Assembly (NCBI GenBank): GCA_022813965.1
Contig: JALDZS010000148.1
Coordinates: 1 to 60,721, forward strand
Reading direction: 5' to 3'
DNA: 60,721 bases
Source of the DNA: Toensbergia leucococca
Lineage: Eukaryota
Shown: positions 23,264-37,314 of the stretch, piece by piece
Layout: the number at the start of each line of letters is the position of its first letter
Position numbering within the stretch: position 1 is the stretch's first letter
The notes under the pieces: generated by a model
What the model was told of the DNA's origin: nothing
What the model saw: the letters and a program-made list of their open reading frames with translations, nothing else
Database searches by the model: none
Program-made: the position numbers and the translations under genes

Positions 23264-25569
23264 ATGGAGGGAGATTCATTCACCTTTGAAGAGCAATCTC
23301 CTGTAGCTCAACCGTCTGACCAACCCAGTCAGGCTACTCATGCTCTGTTATCTCACGAGCATGGGGGAACTAATGATCTTCGCCTCAATGCTTCCGGGGA
23401 TGGAATAGGTAAGTGAATGATCGATACACTTTGTTTGTAAACACCAATACATCGCCGCTAACAGCCCATCCAACCCCTAGATAATCTTCTCGCCGACCCC
23501 TTGGACAATCTAGACCAATCTACACCTACTCTTGGGATAATTTCTGACAACCCTCTCGATGCCCCCGAATCGCCTCGACCTGGCGATGTTGGTAACGATC
23601 GGGATGACGAAGAGATGGAGGGTACCGCCGAGGAGATTCGAAAAGAGAATGGTAGTCCCGAGAAGGAAGGAATTTCTCCGCACCTAACAGAAGGCGCTTC
23701 AGATGGACAGCCTACACGGACTAAAGCAGCTCTGGAGTCGTCGGCGCGATCTCATTTGATAGCTCAGACTCATGCCATTATCCTGCCCAGCTACAGCACC
23801 TGGTTCGACATGCACACAATCCATGCATTAGAAAAGAAAGCTTTACCAGAATTTTTCAATTATCGGAACCGAAGCAAAACGCCAGCCGTCTACAAGGACT
23901 ACCGGGACTTTATGATTAATACATACCGTCTCAGCCCATCTGAGTATCTCACAGTCACCGCTTGTAGACGGAATCTTGCAGGGGACGTGTGTGCCATAAT
24001 GAGAGTTCATGCATTTCTCGAACAGTGGGGATTAATCAATTACCAAGTAAGATCGAACTTGCAACGTCAAGTACCCCCCACTAATGCGCTAGGAAGATTG
24101 ATCCAGAGACAAGACCTTCTGCAATTGGTCCTCCATTTACAGGACATTTCCGTATTGTAGCCGACATGCCTCGCGGGCTCCAGCCATTTCAGCCGGTGCC
24201 GAAATCTATAGCCACGTCAGGAAAACCGTTTGCGGGCACTGAAAATGCCTTGAACGCCACACCTCCATCGAAAGCCGACCTGAATCTGGAAATACGCCGA
24301 AATTATTACGACCAGAGTGGCAAGGATCTCACGGCAGGAACAAAGGAAAAGCAGATTAATGGAGAAGACTCGGGCACGAACGGAACCACATCTGCTGACT
24401 CGGCTACAAAGACCATTGAAGATCTAGCCAAAGAACCCAAGAAATCTTTCAACTGCTACTCATGTGGTATTGACTGCACTCGAGTCCGCTTCCATTACGC
24501 GAAGTCGGCAACGGCCGCACCTGGCGCAGCTGGAGCGAAGGTCAAATACGACCTTTGCCCGAATTGCTTTATGGAAGGTCGATACCCTAGCACACATGCT
24601 GCGGTAGAATTCGTGAAACTTGAAGATTCAAATTATTCTTCTATCCCTGACCGCGATGCGCCCTGGATTGATGCCGAACTGTTACTTTTATTAGAAGGCC
24701 TGGAACTCTTTGACGAGAATTGGACCTCGATAGCTGATCATGTTGGCACTAGAACTCGAGAGGAGTGCGTCTCGAAGTTCCTACAACTCGAGATCGAGGA
24801 TAAGTACCTTAAGGGTGAGCAGAATGGTCAAGCTAGCTACGGTTCACTCAACCAGGGTCGGATACCTTTCACTCAAGCAGATAATCCAGTCATGTCAGTT
24901 CTCGGCTTTCTTGCAGGCATGAGTGAACCAAGTGTTGCAGCAGCTGCTGCAGGAAGATCCGTTGATGAGATACGAAAAAACCTTCGTAATCGATTGGAGA
25001 ACGGAATTGGTGGAGATGTCCAAGCTAAGGGCAAAGAGAAACAAGATGTTAAAAGCGAGGACTCTATGGATGTTGACACCACCGCAAGCCCCCAGCCAGA
25101 CGCCAGCGACCAGATTGCTGTCTCGGAAAATCCACACGCCCAATATGTCACTTTACCAACAGTGGCACTGGCTACTTCAGCAGCTCGGGCTGGCGCACTG
25201 GCATCTCACGAAGAGCGCGAAATGACCCGTCTCGTCTCCAGCGCCGTAAACACAACATTGCAGAAGCTCGAGGTGAAACTGCAACAATTTTCCGCCATGG
25301 AGGCACTTCTTCAAGCGGAACGTCGTGAACTAGAGCGTGGTAGGCAACAGCTATTCCTCGACCGCCTGTCGTTCAGGAAGAGACTTCGAGAAGCTCAAGA
25401 AGCTTTCAAAACTGCGAGTATACATGGTGGGGAAGAAGGCGATCGACCGGTGCAGGACGTGGGCATCGGGCGAGAGCAAATGGGGTTTCAGCGAGTGTCC
25501 GAGTCGTCGAGGGAGAATGTGCAGCCGTTGGGTGTTGGGGATGTGGACTTCAGGAGCTATGAGATTTGA
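23264..25569 (+). CDS. RSC8: SWI/SNF-RSC subunit Rsc8/Ssr2/Swi3 (SWIRM, ZZ, SANT, coiled coil)
   Basis: SWIRM ([10 protein letters not shown]...[11 protein letters not shown]), CxxC ZZ finger, SANT and [11 protein letters not shown]. Introns at about 23409-23480 and 24047-24097. Confidence 0.93.
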
Positions 25570-25910
25570 GGAACGAGATGACTGATGTCGGTCTCGAGGC
25601 GTACTTTGGAGTCGGCGAGGAAGCTATGCCTCTTTGAGAAGAATACCCAAGAGCTAGAAAGCGCATGGTTTTGGCCTCTTGACCATGTGCCGGTATCGAG
25701 ATTTGGATGTGATGGGAAACAGAAGTCATGTCTGAAGCATTTGTACCGGTAAAGAAGTTAATTTTTGAGATTCTTCTGGGTCAAACCCTCTGAAGTAGGG
25801 AGGGATGAGATCGTAGCGTATCTAAGCTATTCTACCTGCAATTAACTTGCGCTTTCTGAGTTGGGAGGGTTCAAAGACATTCTGTTTACTGCTCTTGTCC
25901 TGAGGTCATG

Positions 25911-28001
25911 TTAGTCACTCGCCAGACTATCGTTGCGGATGCTGGTGTCCGAAAGCTCCAGGTCAGAGTCTTGTCCTCCGTCATCTTTCTCAATGTCTTC
26001 CTCGACGTCGCCTACCTCGCCTACCTCGCCTTCCTCGTTTTTCTCGTCTCCCTCGCCTCCCACATCCCACTCCTCATCAGCTTGCTCACTCCCTTCCCAT
26101 GCGCTCTTCCCCCTGCCTTCCACATCGCTATCGAGCCCTATTACACGCTCATGACTGAGCTCCAACATACCATCAACCTCCTCATTGTCATCGCCGTCGC
26201 CAGACTCCACCGAGTCGTCATCCTTGCTTGTTAGTTCGCTACCATGCTCATTGCCTTGACTATTGTTTGCTCGAATTGGAGATTGCAAGCTCAGTTCAAT
26301 CTCAGTGGACCCCGTAAAAGCCTGACTGTCCGTAATCTTCCTACGTTTCTTCCTAAAACTACTCCTGGGGACAGGCGAGTCATGCTTCTCCCATTCCGCA
26401 CCATAATTCATCCAGAATCTCCAATCACGAAGATCTTCTCCGGTCTTGCGATGGTTCAACGGCCTCTTTGGTAGCTCCAGGTCCTCTGGCTTAATTGATT
26501 CAGGGGGGTCCTTGTGAAGCATGTCCCAAAGAAGTTGCTCCTCGTGCTGACTGGCTCGTTGATCTAGGGCTTCAGTATAGACGGTTTCATCCTGCTCAAG
26601 ATCTTCTGGGTTTCGTGCGCGCTTCTTGTTTTCTCGATTTTGAGTCTGGCGAGAGTCATTTTCGCTCGATGAAGGGCTCGAAATGTCACTTGAAGAAGGC
26701 GAATGAGCCGAGAAGGAATCATTGGGTTCATTTCCAGGTTCCGTTGTAGTATTTGTACATCCTGGAGGCGACGTAGGAGAGATTTCGTTGTCATGCTCGG
26801 AGTCAGAGTCTTCTCCGCCTATCTGTTGGCATAATATCCTCTCGGCCTCGTCATAAGTCAGTCTTTCACCAATGACCTTTTTGCCTCTCATATTCTCATA
26901 CACGTCCAATTTGCACCTCCTTGCCACACGAACCCACGAACTCTTTGCGTTAGATGTCATACCCATTACACGAAGTGCAGCCATGACGTCCAGCCGCCTG
27001 ACTACTGGCAGAAATTTGTATTGGGACGATGTTGTAGCTTTTAATCTAGACATGGCATAGAATAGCGACGACTGCACTAGTCGTTTCGTGATACTGACTG
27101 CTAGAGTGTGAAGATCGGAGAAAGCTGTATATAAGATCGACGGACTCTCAGGGGGCTTGACGTAAGAACGCCAATTGTCTTCCTCCAAGCAGCTATTCAT
27201 GAAAACCCGCGTGGACAATTCGAGGAAGTTACTCAAATGAAGAAGCTCTGCTGCAGGTATAGCCTTGATTATTTGCGTGGAAGCTACGCCTCCTTTACGC
27301 AAGGATTGGTTTACTCGGTCCGCAAGATTTAAATCGAGGAGCCACAAGTCATCATGCTTGCTTCTCTCAAAATCCTTGTCACGCTTTGGCTGCGATCTTA
27401 GTAGGGCGTCCGCGGCTTGATCAAGAACTGTTGAGCATTCTTGGCTGATTTCAAAGGCTGCGGGTACATCTGTTATGCTAAACAATTGATGGCGAGGAAG
27501 GTGCAGATGCTGCCCTAACACTGCTTCCTCAAGTAGCTGGAGGTAAATCCGAACTTCCATTTCAGACTTCGATCCAAGTGCAGCAGCAAGGCCTCGAATA
27601 TCGTCCTTTCCTTTTCTAGAAAGGGCCTGAAAGAGAACATTTTTCTCTTCTGGCGACCACATCGTAGCACCCACCTGGCTGAATGGTAATGGGTCATCGC
27701 TGTTTGCAATCGGGTTTGTGGTGACTGCTTGTACTGCTTCGTCCAGCAAGCGGCGATAACCGACAGTGTAGAGCCGCCTCGATCGTTTTGACCGTGGGCT
27801 TCGAGCCAGTCGCTCTCCAGATTTGGTATTTGTGGACTTGGCTTTGCCGGTTTGGGTCTCTCGTGAAAGCGAGACGGCTTCACGATTATCTGGATCATCA
27901 GAGGCCGTTAGTGATAACAACGAATCCAAGACTAAATCACTCTTCCCGTCATCTTCTGATGTGTCATTGTAGACCTGTGCCTCGTCAATATCATTCGCCA
28001 T
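25911..28001 (-). CDS. Myb/SANT protein, RNA polymerase I UAF subunit Rrn5-like
   Basis: SANT motif WSPEEKNVLFQALSRKG...KSEMEVRIYL, histone-fold-like SITKRLVQSSLF...VRRLDVMAAL, and an acidic tail. The start is uncertain. Confidence 0.75.
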   Translation of the reverse strand: MANDIDEAQVYNDTSEDDGKSDLVLDSLLSLTASDDPDNREAVSLSRETQTGKAKSTNTKSGERLARSPRSKRSRRLYTVGYRRLLDEAVQAVTTNPIANSDDPLPFSQVGATMWSPEEKNVLFQALSRKGKDDIRGLAAALGSKSEMEVRIYLQLLEEAVLGQHLHLPRHQLFSITDVPAAFEISQECSTVLDQAADALLRSQPKRDKDFERSKHDDLWLLDLNLADRVNQSLRKGGVASTQIIKAIPAAELLHLSNFLELSTRVFMNSCLEEDNWRSYVKPPESPSILYTAFSDLHTLAVSITKRLVQSSLFYAMSRLKATTSSQYKFLPVVRRLDVMAALRVMGMTSNAKSSWVRVARRCKLDVYENMRGKKVIGERLTYDEAERILCQQIGGEDSDSEHDNEISPTSPPGCTNTTTEPGNEPNDSFSAHSPSSSDISSPSSSENDSRQTQNRENKKRARNPEDLEQDETVYTEALDQRASQHEEQLLWDMLHKDPPESIKPEDLELPKRPLNHRKTGEDLRDWRFWMNYGAEWEKHDSPVPRSSFRKKRRKITDSQAFTGSTEIELSLQSPIRANNSQGNEHGSELTSKDDDSVESGDGDDNEEVDGMLELSHERVIGLDSDVEGRGKSAWEGSEQADEEWDVGGEGDEKNEEGEVGEVGDVEEDIEKDDGGQDSDLELSDTSIRNDSLASD

Positions 28002-28356
28002 ATGTTCCGTGACATATCCATCATTGAGAGGAGTTCTCAACTACTACAACTGATTGACATGCTGCTGGCGCCTGCCTATTTTAAGCTTGACGGTAAGGTA
28101 TAGAAAACGAAGTCTACAAAGTTGATGAGGGAAAGGCTTTTGCACATCCTATCTTGTGACCTACCACCTACCTACTCCACGAGCAGCTCTAGAACTAGTA
28201 TTTTAAAGTCAGGGGCTTCGGTAGAATATTCTACTCGGAGCATAGATACTCCGTAACAACCACTCTACGAGTATTCTAGATGATTGCGGCACCATGGAAT
28301 ATTTGGACTCATATGGCTAAACTAAGTATCCATGCTTGTACAATAATTATGAGGTG

Positions 28357-30457
28357 ATGCCGCAAGCTTTCCCGAGCTTATTCAACATCCTCAAATCAAC
28401 GCGTCGACTCGCATGCTTAACCTCAGCGCGACGATTTACCACGACTGCATCGCTCTCTTCCACGGCTCCTGAGCCAGCAATCCCTGCTATACGTCTCCGC
28501 CAATACCAGGAGGAATGCATTCAATCCGTTTTGTCTCATCTTGAGAAAGGTCACAAGAGGCTTGGAGTGTCCCTGGCCACTGGCAGTGGCAAAACAGTAC
28601 ATCACTCGAAAAGCGTACATTACTACGCTGATTACGCTGAAGGTCATTTTCACCCACCTCATTGACCGCGTCCATCCCACAAGAAATGGTGCCAATCAGA
28701 CGCTCATTCTTGCCCACCGTCGAGAGCTTGTTGAGCAAGCAGCTCGACATTGTATCAATGTCTATCCTTCTAAGCTCATCGAAGTCGAGATGGGAGATAT
28801 CCATGCCTCCGGTACTGCCGAGATTACCATCGCCTCCATCATGAGCATAAGCTCAGGAGATCGCCTTTCAAAATTTCGACCCGAAAGGTTTAAACTTGTT
28901 CTAGTGGACGAGGCTCATCACATCGTTGCTCCAAAATACATGGACACATTAAGATACTTTGGATTGATGGAGCCTACCGAACACAGCCCAGCTTTGGTAG
29001 GAGTGTCAGCTACTCTTTCACGCTTCGATGGGTTGAAACTCGGTGCTGCTATTGATCACGTCGTTTATCACAAGTAAGAGCTGCCGCATGGATCGCGTAG
29101 TCTTGGACAGATGCTGATGAACCAAAGGGATTATGTCGACATGATCGGGGAAAAGTGGCTTTCAAATGTTATTTTCACCACTGTGCAGTCGAAAGCAGAT
29201 ATCTCTCGCGTTAGGAAAGGATCAACCGGTGACTTTCAAGTCGGCGATCTATCCAGGGCTATTAACAACGACGAAACAAATGAAATCACCGTGCGGTCCT
29301 GGCTTTCTCGAGCCGAAAACCGCAAGTCCACCATCGTGTTCTGTGTGGATCTTGCCCACGTTTCTGGACTTACAAAAACTTTCCGAGAGCACGGTATTGA
29401 TGCCCAGTTCATCACGGGAGACACATCCAAGCAGATCCGCAGCGCAAGGTTGGAGGCTTTCAAGAATGGGGACTTTCGTGTTCTTCTGAACTGTGGAGTG
29501 TTTACTGAGGGAACAGATATTCCAAACATTGATTGTGTGTTGCTTGCACGACCGACGAAGTCTCGTAATTTACTTGTGCAGATGATGGGAAGAGGTTTAC
29601 GCCTGCATCCTGGGAAACAGGATTGCCATGTAATAGACATGGTTGCTTCATTAGAAAGCGGAATTGTCACGACCCCTACTCTGTTCGGCCTTGATCCCGG
29701 AGAAGTCGTCAAAGAAGTAGATGTGGAACTACTCAAGCAGCTACGAGAACGGAAAGAGTTCGAAACTCGTCACAGAGAATCTTTAGCAGAAGTTTCCCCA
29801 GGTCAATCGATTCTCCCAAACCAGTTGAACAAAAATATCACATTCACAGATTATGACTCGGTTTTCGATCTGATCAACGACACCTCAGGTGAACGACGTA
29901 TTCGGGGATTGAGCCAGCTAGCCTGGGTAAATGTGGGAGAAGATCGATATATCCTGTCAACTAAGAGCGGCGACTACATGACTATCGAGAAAGACACTGG
30001 TGATGCCAACCCCAACCAATTCGGTGTATGGCTTACTAAGAAGACTTTCGAAACTCCGGATTGGGCGGGGAAAAGTCCATACATGCGACCTCGTCAAATT
30101 GCTTCATCTAGCACGCTTTCTGATGCTGTTCATGCTGCCGACACCTACGCTTCGAAAGCATTCGTGTGGTTTTGGATTTCCAAGCAGCAGACATGGAGGA
30201 AGGCACCGGCGTCGGATGGACAACTTAAATTTCTCAACAAGCTCAGGGGCATGAACGACCAGCTAACGGCAGATTCAATCACCAAAGGCAAAGCGATTGA
30301 TATGATTGTGAAGGTCAAATACGGTGCTAAAGGTCGATTTTCCAAAATAGAAGCTGCGAAGAGAAGGGAAGCCCGAGCAAGTGAGAAAACGAAGCAAGAG
30401 GAAAGCTTAAGGAAACGCGAGGAAGTGCAAGTCGGTCCGCTGGCAGGGAGTGGTTGA
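28357..30457 (+). CDS. IRC3: Mitochondrial SF2 DExH helicase Irc3
   Basis: Motifs [35 protein letters not shown] and QMMGRGLR. Presequence and two introns. Confidence 0.9.
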
Positions 30458-31231
30458 GACATTGGCGAAGCAGATTTTGTGCAGCTATTTAGTGTGGCAC
30501 GTGGCATCTGACTATTTCCAATTCCAAGGAACGAGCTACGTGTATCATGAGTGGGTCTTCAAAGCTCCTCCTTGATTTCATGTCTGGTACACTACTACAG
30601 CGTGTGACGTACGAGTAGCATTTACAGAGTACCACAGACGATAGGCATCTAGTCGTACTCATTTTCCAATTGACAAATGCGCCATATCGTGTGGAACAGC
30701 CACCTGGTGGGTGTTGGATGGCCACTGACCACCGTTTCGAATACGTAGCCAGATCATTTATCGATGATAAACAGAAGTGATGACCAGAATGATATGACAA
30801 CGCTTCTTAGAAGACAGGTTACGCAAGCATCCATGATATTAGCTTTTACGGGTATGAAGCAGGCAAGCAGCCATCCAGCCACCCACTTTGTATGCTGCCG
30901 CATCCGTCACCTTCTGGTCTCCGCAACTTCCCAACAGGTTACGGATCAGGAGTGAACGTTGGACTTGGACGCAGTCATTCTTGGATAAGTAAGTGCGCTC
31001 AGGAGGAGGACCATGTGCATGTTAAGTAGAATACAGGACTAATCATTGCTCTACAGAGCTCGCATTGACACACGCACGCTCGTTTAACTTAGCCTTGCCC
31101 AATCGTTTCGTCTGCGCCAGGTACCGCTCTCTCCTCCATCACGTCTTTCCCAACGTCTTGGCTGTCAGCCACCCCAATTGGATCGGGCAACAGGCTTGGC
31201 CATCCATAGATGCAGCTTGTCGCCTGATTCA

Positions 31232-34200
31232 ATGCGGAGAAGGTCTGAGAGTTCCGCCGAAGAGGACGACACCAACGAAGCAATCGCTGCTGAACCCCAA
31301 GCCTCTGAAAGCGATGGGAGAAAACGAAGCTTTACTTCCGCGAAATACGATATAACGAGGCACTCCGACACTCTGGATAGAAGGAAAGGCGATAGGGTCG
31401 TTACGCCAACCCAATTGACCCAAGATGCTTGGACCCCACTCCCCACTACACACCAGGTTCCCAAGAAGCAAACACACACACCAGTTCACTTAGCCCAGAC
31501 TAGAGATCCCAGCAAAATGCTGGAGTCTCGGATTTCCCTGCGCCCACGTAGACGCAGTCCTTGGTCATGTACTGTGCTCACGCTGACCGCGACTCTCCTG
31601 TCTATCAGCCTCCTCTTCTCAATTTACCATTCCTTCTTCACGCGACAACTAGACCCTAAGGGGTGCAAGAATTGCAGCATGCTACCTGTCTACATCAAGT
31701 TTTCCGATTTTGATACCGAGCACACTCGATTTGCCAGCAAATATTCGCTATACCTGTATCGGGAAGGAGGCTTCGATGACTTTGAGAAGGATCCATCGGT
31801 GAGAGAACATCCGAGTAGTACAACCGGCTGGAGCTGACTTTGTGTAGGTCAAGGGAATTCCTGTTTTATTCATACCGGGGAACGCTGGCAGTTACAAGCA
31901 AGTTAGGCCACTTGCCGCTGAAGCTGCCCAGTACTTTTACAATACCATTCAGCAAGACTCAAAAGCACTTCGAGCAGGTACAAGAAATTTGGATTTCTTT
32001 TCCGTCGATTTCAACGAAGACATTACAGCTTTCCACGGACAGACTTTACTCGACCAAGCTGAATACTTGAACGAGGCAGTAGCGTATATTCTTTCGCTTT
32101 ATCATGACCCGCGCCGGTCACGAAGAGACACGGACCTGCCAGACCCCAGCGCGGTCATCTTGATCGGTCATTCAATGGGTGGAGTTGTTGCTCGGACAAT
32201 GCTCACTATGCCTAATTATCAATCAAATTCTGTCAACACCATTATTACCATGTCGGCACCACATGCGAGACCGCCTGTGTCGTTTGATGCAGAAATCGTG
32301 CATACCTACAGGCAGATTAACGACTATTGGAGGGAGGCGTATTCGCAGAAATGGGCGAATAATAATCCTTTGTGGCATGTCACTCTAATATCCATTGCTG
32401 GCGGAGGATTGGACACTATTGTGCCTTCAGACTACGCAAGCCTTTCATCACTAGTACCAGACACTCATGGCTTCACTGTCTTCACATCTTCCGTACCAAA
32501 TGTGTGGACAGGCGCAGATCATCTATCAATTCTGTGGTGCGACCAATTCCGGAAAGTCATCGTACGATCCGTTCTCGATATTGTCGATGTGCATCGTCCC
32601 GGGCAGACCAAGAGCAGGGCCGAACGTATGCGTGTTTTCAAACGATGGTACCTGACTGGCATGGAAACAATAGCAGAGAAGACACTACCCCAGAAAGAAC
32701 CCACCACTCTCCTAACCTTGGAAGACAATTCAAATTCCATCATTCCCTTGGGTGAAAGGCTTGTGCTTAAAAGCTTTGGGCAAGCGGGAAAACCAAAGGC
32801 GCACCTGCTACCGATCCCTGCACAAGGTGCATTCGGAGGGAAGAAATTCACCATGATGTCGAATCAACCACTTGATGAGTCCGGGCTCAACGGTAATTTG
32901 GAGGTCCTCTTCTGCAGCGTCTTCCCACTACAGGCTGGACAGGCATCAACTTTATTTTCTATGAGTATGGATTTATCTAGTGGTACCTCAGGCTCTACTA
33001 GGCTAGCTTGCAAGAACGCGGCTTCAGATGTCATTCATTTGCCTGCATCGACGAGGACGTCCAGGTACTCCTTTGATGAAGTACAGCCTTTCTCATATCT
33101 TCAGTACCAGCTCGAGGATCTGGCAGAGCATCAATTCGTTGCTGTCATTGATAAAGCATTGGAGTACAGCCATGGCTGGGCAATGGCCGAATTTAGCGAT
33201 GATGCTGATTCAATCTTGGAGACCGACATAGGTCTCCGACGTCTTTTGTTGTTCGGCATGCGTCTTAAGATACCATCGAATAGACCTATGGTCACAGAAG
33301 TCAGAATACCAGCGTTGCATTCGAGCCTACTTGCTTACAAAGTTAGCATCGGGAAGCAAGCTTGCGGCGATGATGCAGAGCTGTTCACACCTCTTTTACG
33401 ACAATACCTTTCGGAGCCTTACGAGTCGAAATACTTTGTCAACGTAAAGGAGGTCAACTTGAATCTGCATGGGATTGCGCCTTTCATGCCTCCACCCTTG
33501 CGGGCGCACGCCGGAAATCAGGGCGTCTCACTGCAAATGTGGTCCGACCCAACATGCAATACATCGGTTGACGTGTCATTGAAACTAGATGTTCCAGGCA
33601 GCATGGGTAAATTGTTTATGCGATATAGACTCGTGCTTGCAGCTTTCCCGTTACTCGTGATAGCATTGGTACTTCGCAAACAATTCAAGGCATATGACGA
33701 AAATGGTAAGATGCTGCATCCCCAGATATGAAGACATGCTGAGATGGTGCAGGAATCTTCATGACATTTGGCGAGTCCATGGATCTCTGTCTTCGGTCGT
33801 CATTGCCTATTCTGCTATTTGCCATGTCACTCCTTGCTATCTTCTTAGTTATGACAAGTGCTAAGACACCGAAACAAGGCCCCGCAAATTACCTCCACTG
33901 GGGAGGCAATGCCACTGGATTCGTGACGGATTTCTCCAAGAACGACCTTCTGCTAGGCTCACAGGATCCGTTCTTCTGGTTTTTGATTCCGTTGTTTGGC
34001 TTGATTAGTGTGGGGGTTTGTGTCATTGTGAACTACGCTGTTCTTGGAGTGACACATGTATTCTGTCTGTTCTACGCCTTTCTCGTTGCCAAACCTGCGT
34101 GGTTGAAAAACGATGATCGAAGGTACGTGACAGGTGGATTCTCAGCCACATTCGAAGCGTTGGCAACTGAACAAGCTATTAGACGACCGACAGCGCCAAC

Positions 34201-34913
34201 TTTTGCTGCTAGCTCCCCTCGAAGACGAATAATTACAGCTAGCGTACTTCTTCTTATGGTGTCCACTTTTATTCCGTATCAATTTGCGTATATGGTCGCA
34301 TGCATTGTACAACTAGCAACCTGTACGCGGGCGTTGAGGTTTGCTAGAGAAACGGTGAGTTTGAATCCTATCGGATCTATTCCACGAGAACCAAAGACTA
34401 ATATTCGCAGCAATCCGGCTCCCATTATAATTTCTACAACTACGCTCACTCCATCCTCGTCCTCATGCTCTGGGTCCTCCCAATCAATCTGCCCGTCCTC
34501 GTGGTTTGGGTACATAATCTCGCTGTACATTGGCTCACCCCTTTTTCATCACATCATAATGTTTTATCGATAATGCCATTTATACTTCTTGTCGAGACGC
34601 TTACAAGTGGGAAGATGATTCCTCGAGTTACCAGCAGGTACACCTTCCCTCCTTTCCTTGCGCCTAGAGAAGTCTTGACCATACTGACCAAGCACAAAGT
34701 TTCCGCTACATAACCAATCTCCTTTTCCTCCTCCTTGCGGTCTACGCGACCATCTACGGCATCACATACGCCTACCTCCTCCACCACCTCGTCAACTTTG
34801 TATCTGCCTGGCTAGTCGCGATCCACTTTTCCGGCAGCAGCTTCTCCCTCTCCGGCCTCAGCCAAATCCTAGAATGCGAAGAGAGCGAAGGCGATGTCAA
34901 GAAACGGCCTTGA
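31232..34913 (+). CDS. BST1: GPI inositol-deacylase (PGAP1 family)
   Basis: Motifs FIPGNAGSYKQVR and GHSMGG, multiple C-terminal TMs, and a terminal KKRP (KKxx ER-retrieval signal). Five CDS introns and a probable 5'-UTR intron at about 30989-31056. Confidence 0.93.
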
Positions 34914-35807
34914 TTAAGCGCTCTCTTCACTTTCCGTCGTTGCTTTTTGCATGCTGGACATCGTTTATAGAGACTCTAATAAGACTGCTCGTTGCTAATC
35001 AAAGTACACGCGGTGGAAGGCTTTTTACATAATACGCTGTGTTGGTTGAATTGTACATGGGATTTTCTTGGGGGGGTTTCCGATGACTGAGTGGCCGGCC
35101 CGTATGGCGATGCTTTTGTTTTTTCTGTTCGGCCGGACTGTGGTTGTCGGGGGTCTAGATACGGAGATATGCTGTCTATGCTGTAATGTTGGCCAGGGGG
35201 CAGATGAATAGGTACCTAGGTATATTAATTGAGTCGCTACGTCACATCAAAACTTGTGCTATGTAATCAAATCACTCGGGTGGGTTTGAGCGGTACTGAA
35301 TGGGCATAAGATGTTGTGTCTTACTGATTGACATGCATTTCTCTCGAGTTGCTCAATGGCCAATTCTATAGAGGGAACACATGCGTCGACACAGCTCTCA
35401 TCGCTGACACAACGGGCCAACATGCACCGCCCGAAAAGGGGGTGCGGAGCACCTCGCTCCAGCCAAATCTCGTCCGACGACGCCCCTTAAGAGCCCGAAA
35501 AGCCACCCTGGCATTAATGGCCCCTGACCCTCCCAGGTCTTTGTTGGAAAAAAAAAATTGGAAAGAAAAAGAAGAGGTGTCGTTTCGTAGCACATTAAAG
35601 GCAGAGAGAGAAAGGGGAACCAGTCTATCCAAACGCCTTCAATGCAAGTAGAGTGCAAGTGGGTGACGGGGTGTGGGGGAAGACAAGAAAAAATACGTAG
35701 AGGAGGGCCGCATGCTTGGCAGACAGAGCAGACGGATATCCAGCCTCGAAGCCACACTTCGAGCTCAAAGAAGTAATGACACCGCAGAGCACGACCGCTG
35801 AGACAAC

Positions 35808-37314
35808 TCAGTTTCCCTCGCTGCCGCCTCCGCCGAATCGGTTCCGCATCCATCCCGTAAGGCCTCCGCCACCGCTACTACTCCCCTCCCTCCCACTCCT
35901 CCCCTCTCTCGCGCTTGATCTCCACCTACTAGCCTCCGGTCTCGTCGCGGGCGGTGTTCCGGGAATTCTAAAAGGGTTCGCCCGGCTGCCATCCGAGGTT
36001 GGGGTGAGGGGAGATTGGCTGTTCCGCGGTGCCTGGCTAGGGGTTCTGGGCGCATTCGCTTCGCCCTCTTTGGGCATGATCCCCTGTCGGCAATGCGGAC
36101 ACGTATCATGCTCTTTGAGCCAAGCGCCAACGCAGTCGCCATGGAACCAATGCCCACAGGGCAAGACGGTTACTTCGTCCCCGATCTCGACGTTGTCCAT
36201 GCAGACGGAGCATTCTGCTTTGCCATCGCTGCCCATCATGCTCTTGTCTGCTTGTTTCTTCGGGAGGGCGCTGATGGCGGCAGCGGAGGCGGGACCGGGG
36301 GCGCTGTGGCCATTTTGCTGCTCCATTAGATGGGAGATGACGCGATCGAGGGCTTCTTGGGTATAGACAGCGTCGCCGTGGGCGGCATTGGCGGGGTTGA
36401 GCATTTGGGCGAGCATAGCGAAGGGTAATACGGGGACGTTTCGGGCTTGTTCGCCTTGTGGACCTTGGTGCATGTGTTGCATATTCTGGAGTATGGTCCC
36501 GATGAGGCTAGTGATTGTGTATCAGCTTCCAGAGTAGTCATGCTTCAGCAGGGCTGGCTCACCCAGGTAAATCGTGTAATTCGTCGACAGGTAGATTCTG
36601 CGATTGTGTGTTGTTCGCGTCTCGCGGGAATACTCTAGCAGTTGCTGTGTATGAGTGACGAGAGCCTCCGAATCCGTGTCTTCCGGGACCTTCTTGTAAA
36701 GGGCTTGTCGGCGCAAAGCTAGGAGCGTTAGGATTCCAGGGCCCAGGGCGCGGCGAGTGTCGGCCTCCAGGTAAGGGGATAGGCTCGGGCGCTCGTGGGT
36801 CTCGCTGTCGTTGCGTGAGTCTCGTGATGGGTGGCCCACGCGGTAATCCAGGCGTTGCAGAACCGGCTAGCATGGAAGAAAATGTTTGAAATATTGGCGC
36901 AAAAGGGTCATTCAAGTTTGGCCCGCCAGGACCCATGCCTGGTGAGCCGGAGCGGATTGAGGTACGTGTGACGCGCAGGCCCGTTGGACTTGAGTGCCAC
37001 TCCACATGCTCGATATCGCCTTCATCTGGGTCAGGTGCCTCGCTGGCCATGGCCCAGGGTGGGTGGCCGTGGAGGAGATTCGGCTCAGGCTCAGGCCCAG
37101 GTGATTCATGGTCGGACTCGTCATGGTTGTCTCGGGGATCGTGACCAGGTTCGACCTGTCGGTCAGTAAGGTACGAGTAGTGTAGTGAAAGATAGATGTA
37201 GAGACTTACCAGCTCCACGAAATCCGAGTGACACTGAGGGCATTGTAAGCCGTGCTCTTCTCGATGCCATTCATTCTGACAGGCATGACAGAAGACTAGC
37301 TCGCTTGATGACAT
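35808..37314 (-). CDS. RING-H2 E3 ubiquitin ligase, RNF115/RNF126-like
   Basis: N-terminal zinc ribbon FCHAC...CPQCHSDFVE, HGDAVYTQEALDRVIS, and RING CSVC...LPCGHWFHGDC...WL...CPHC. Two introns. Confidence 0.9.
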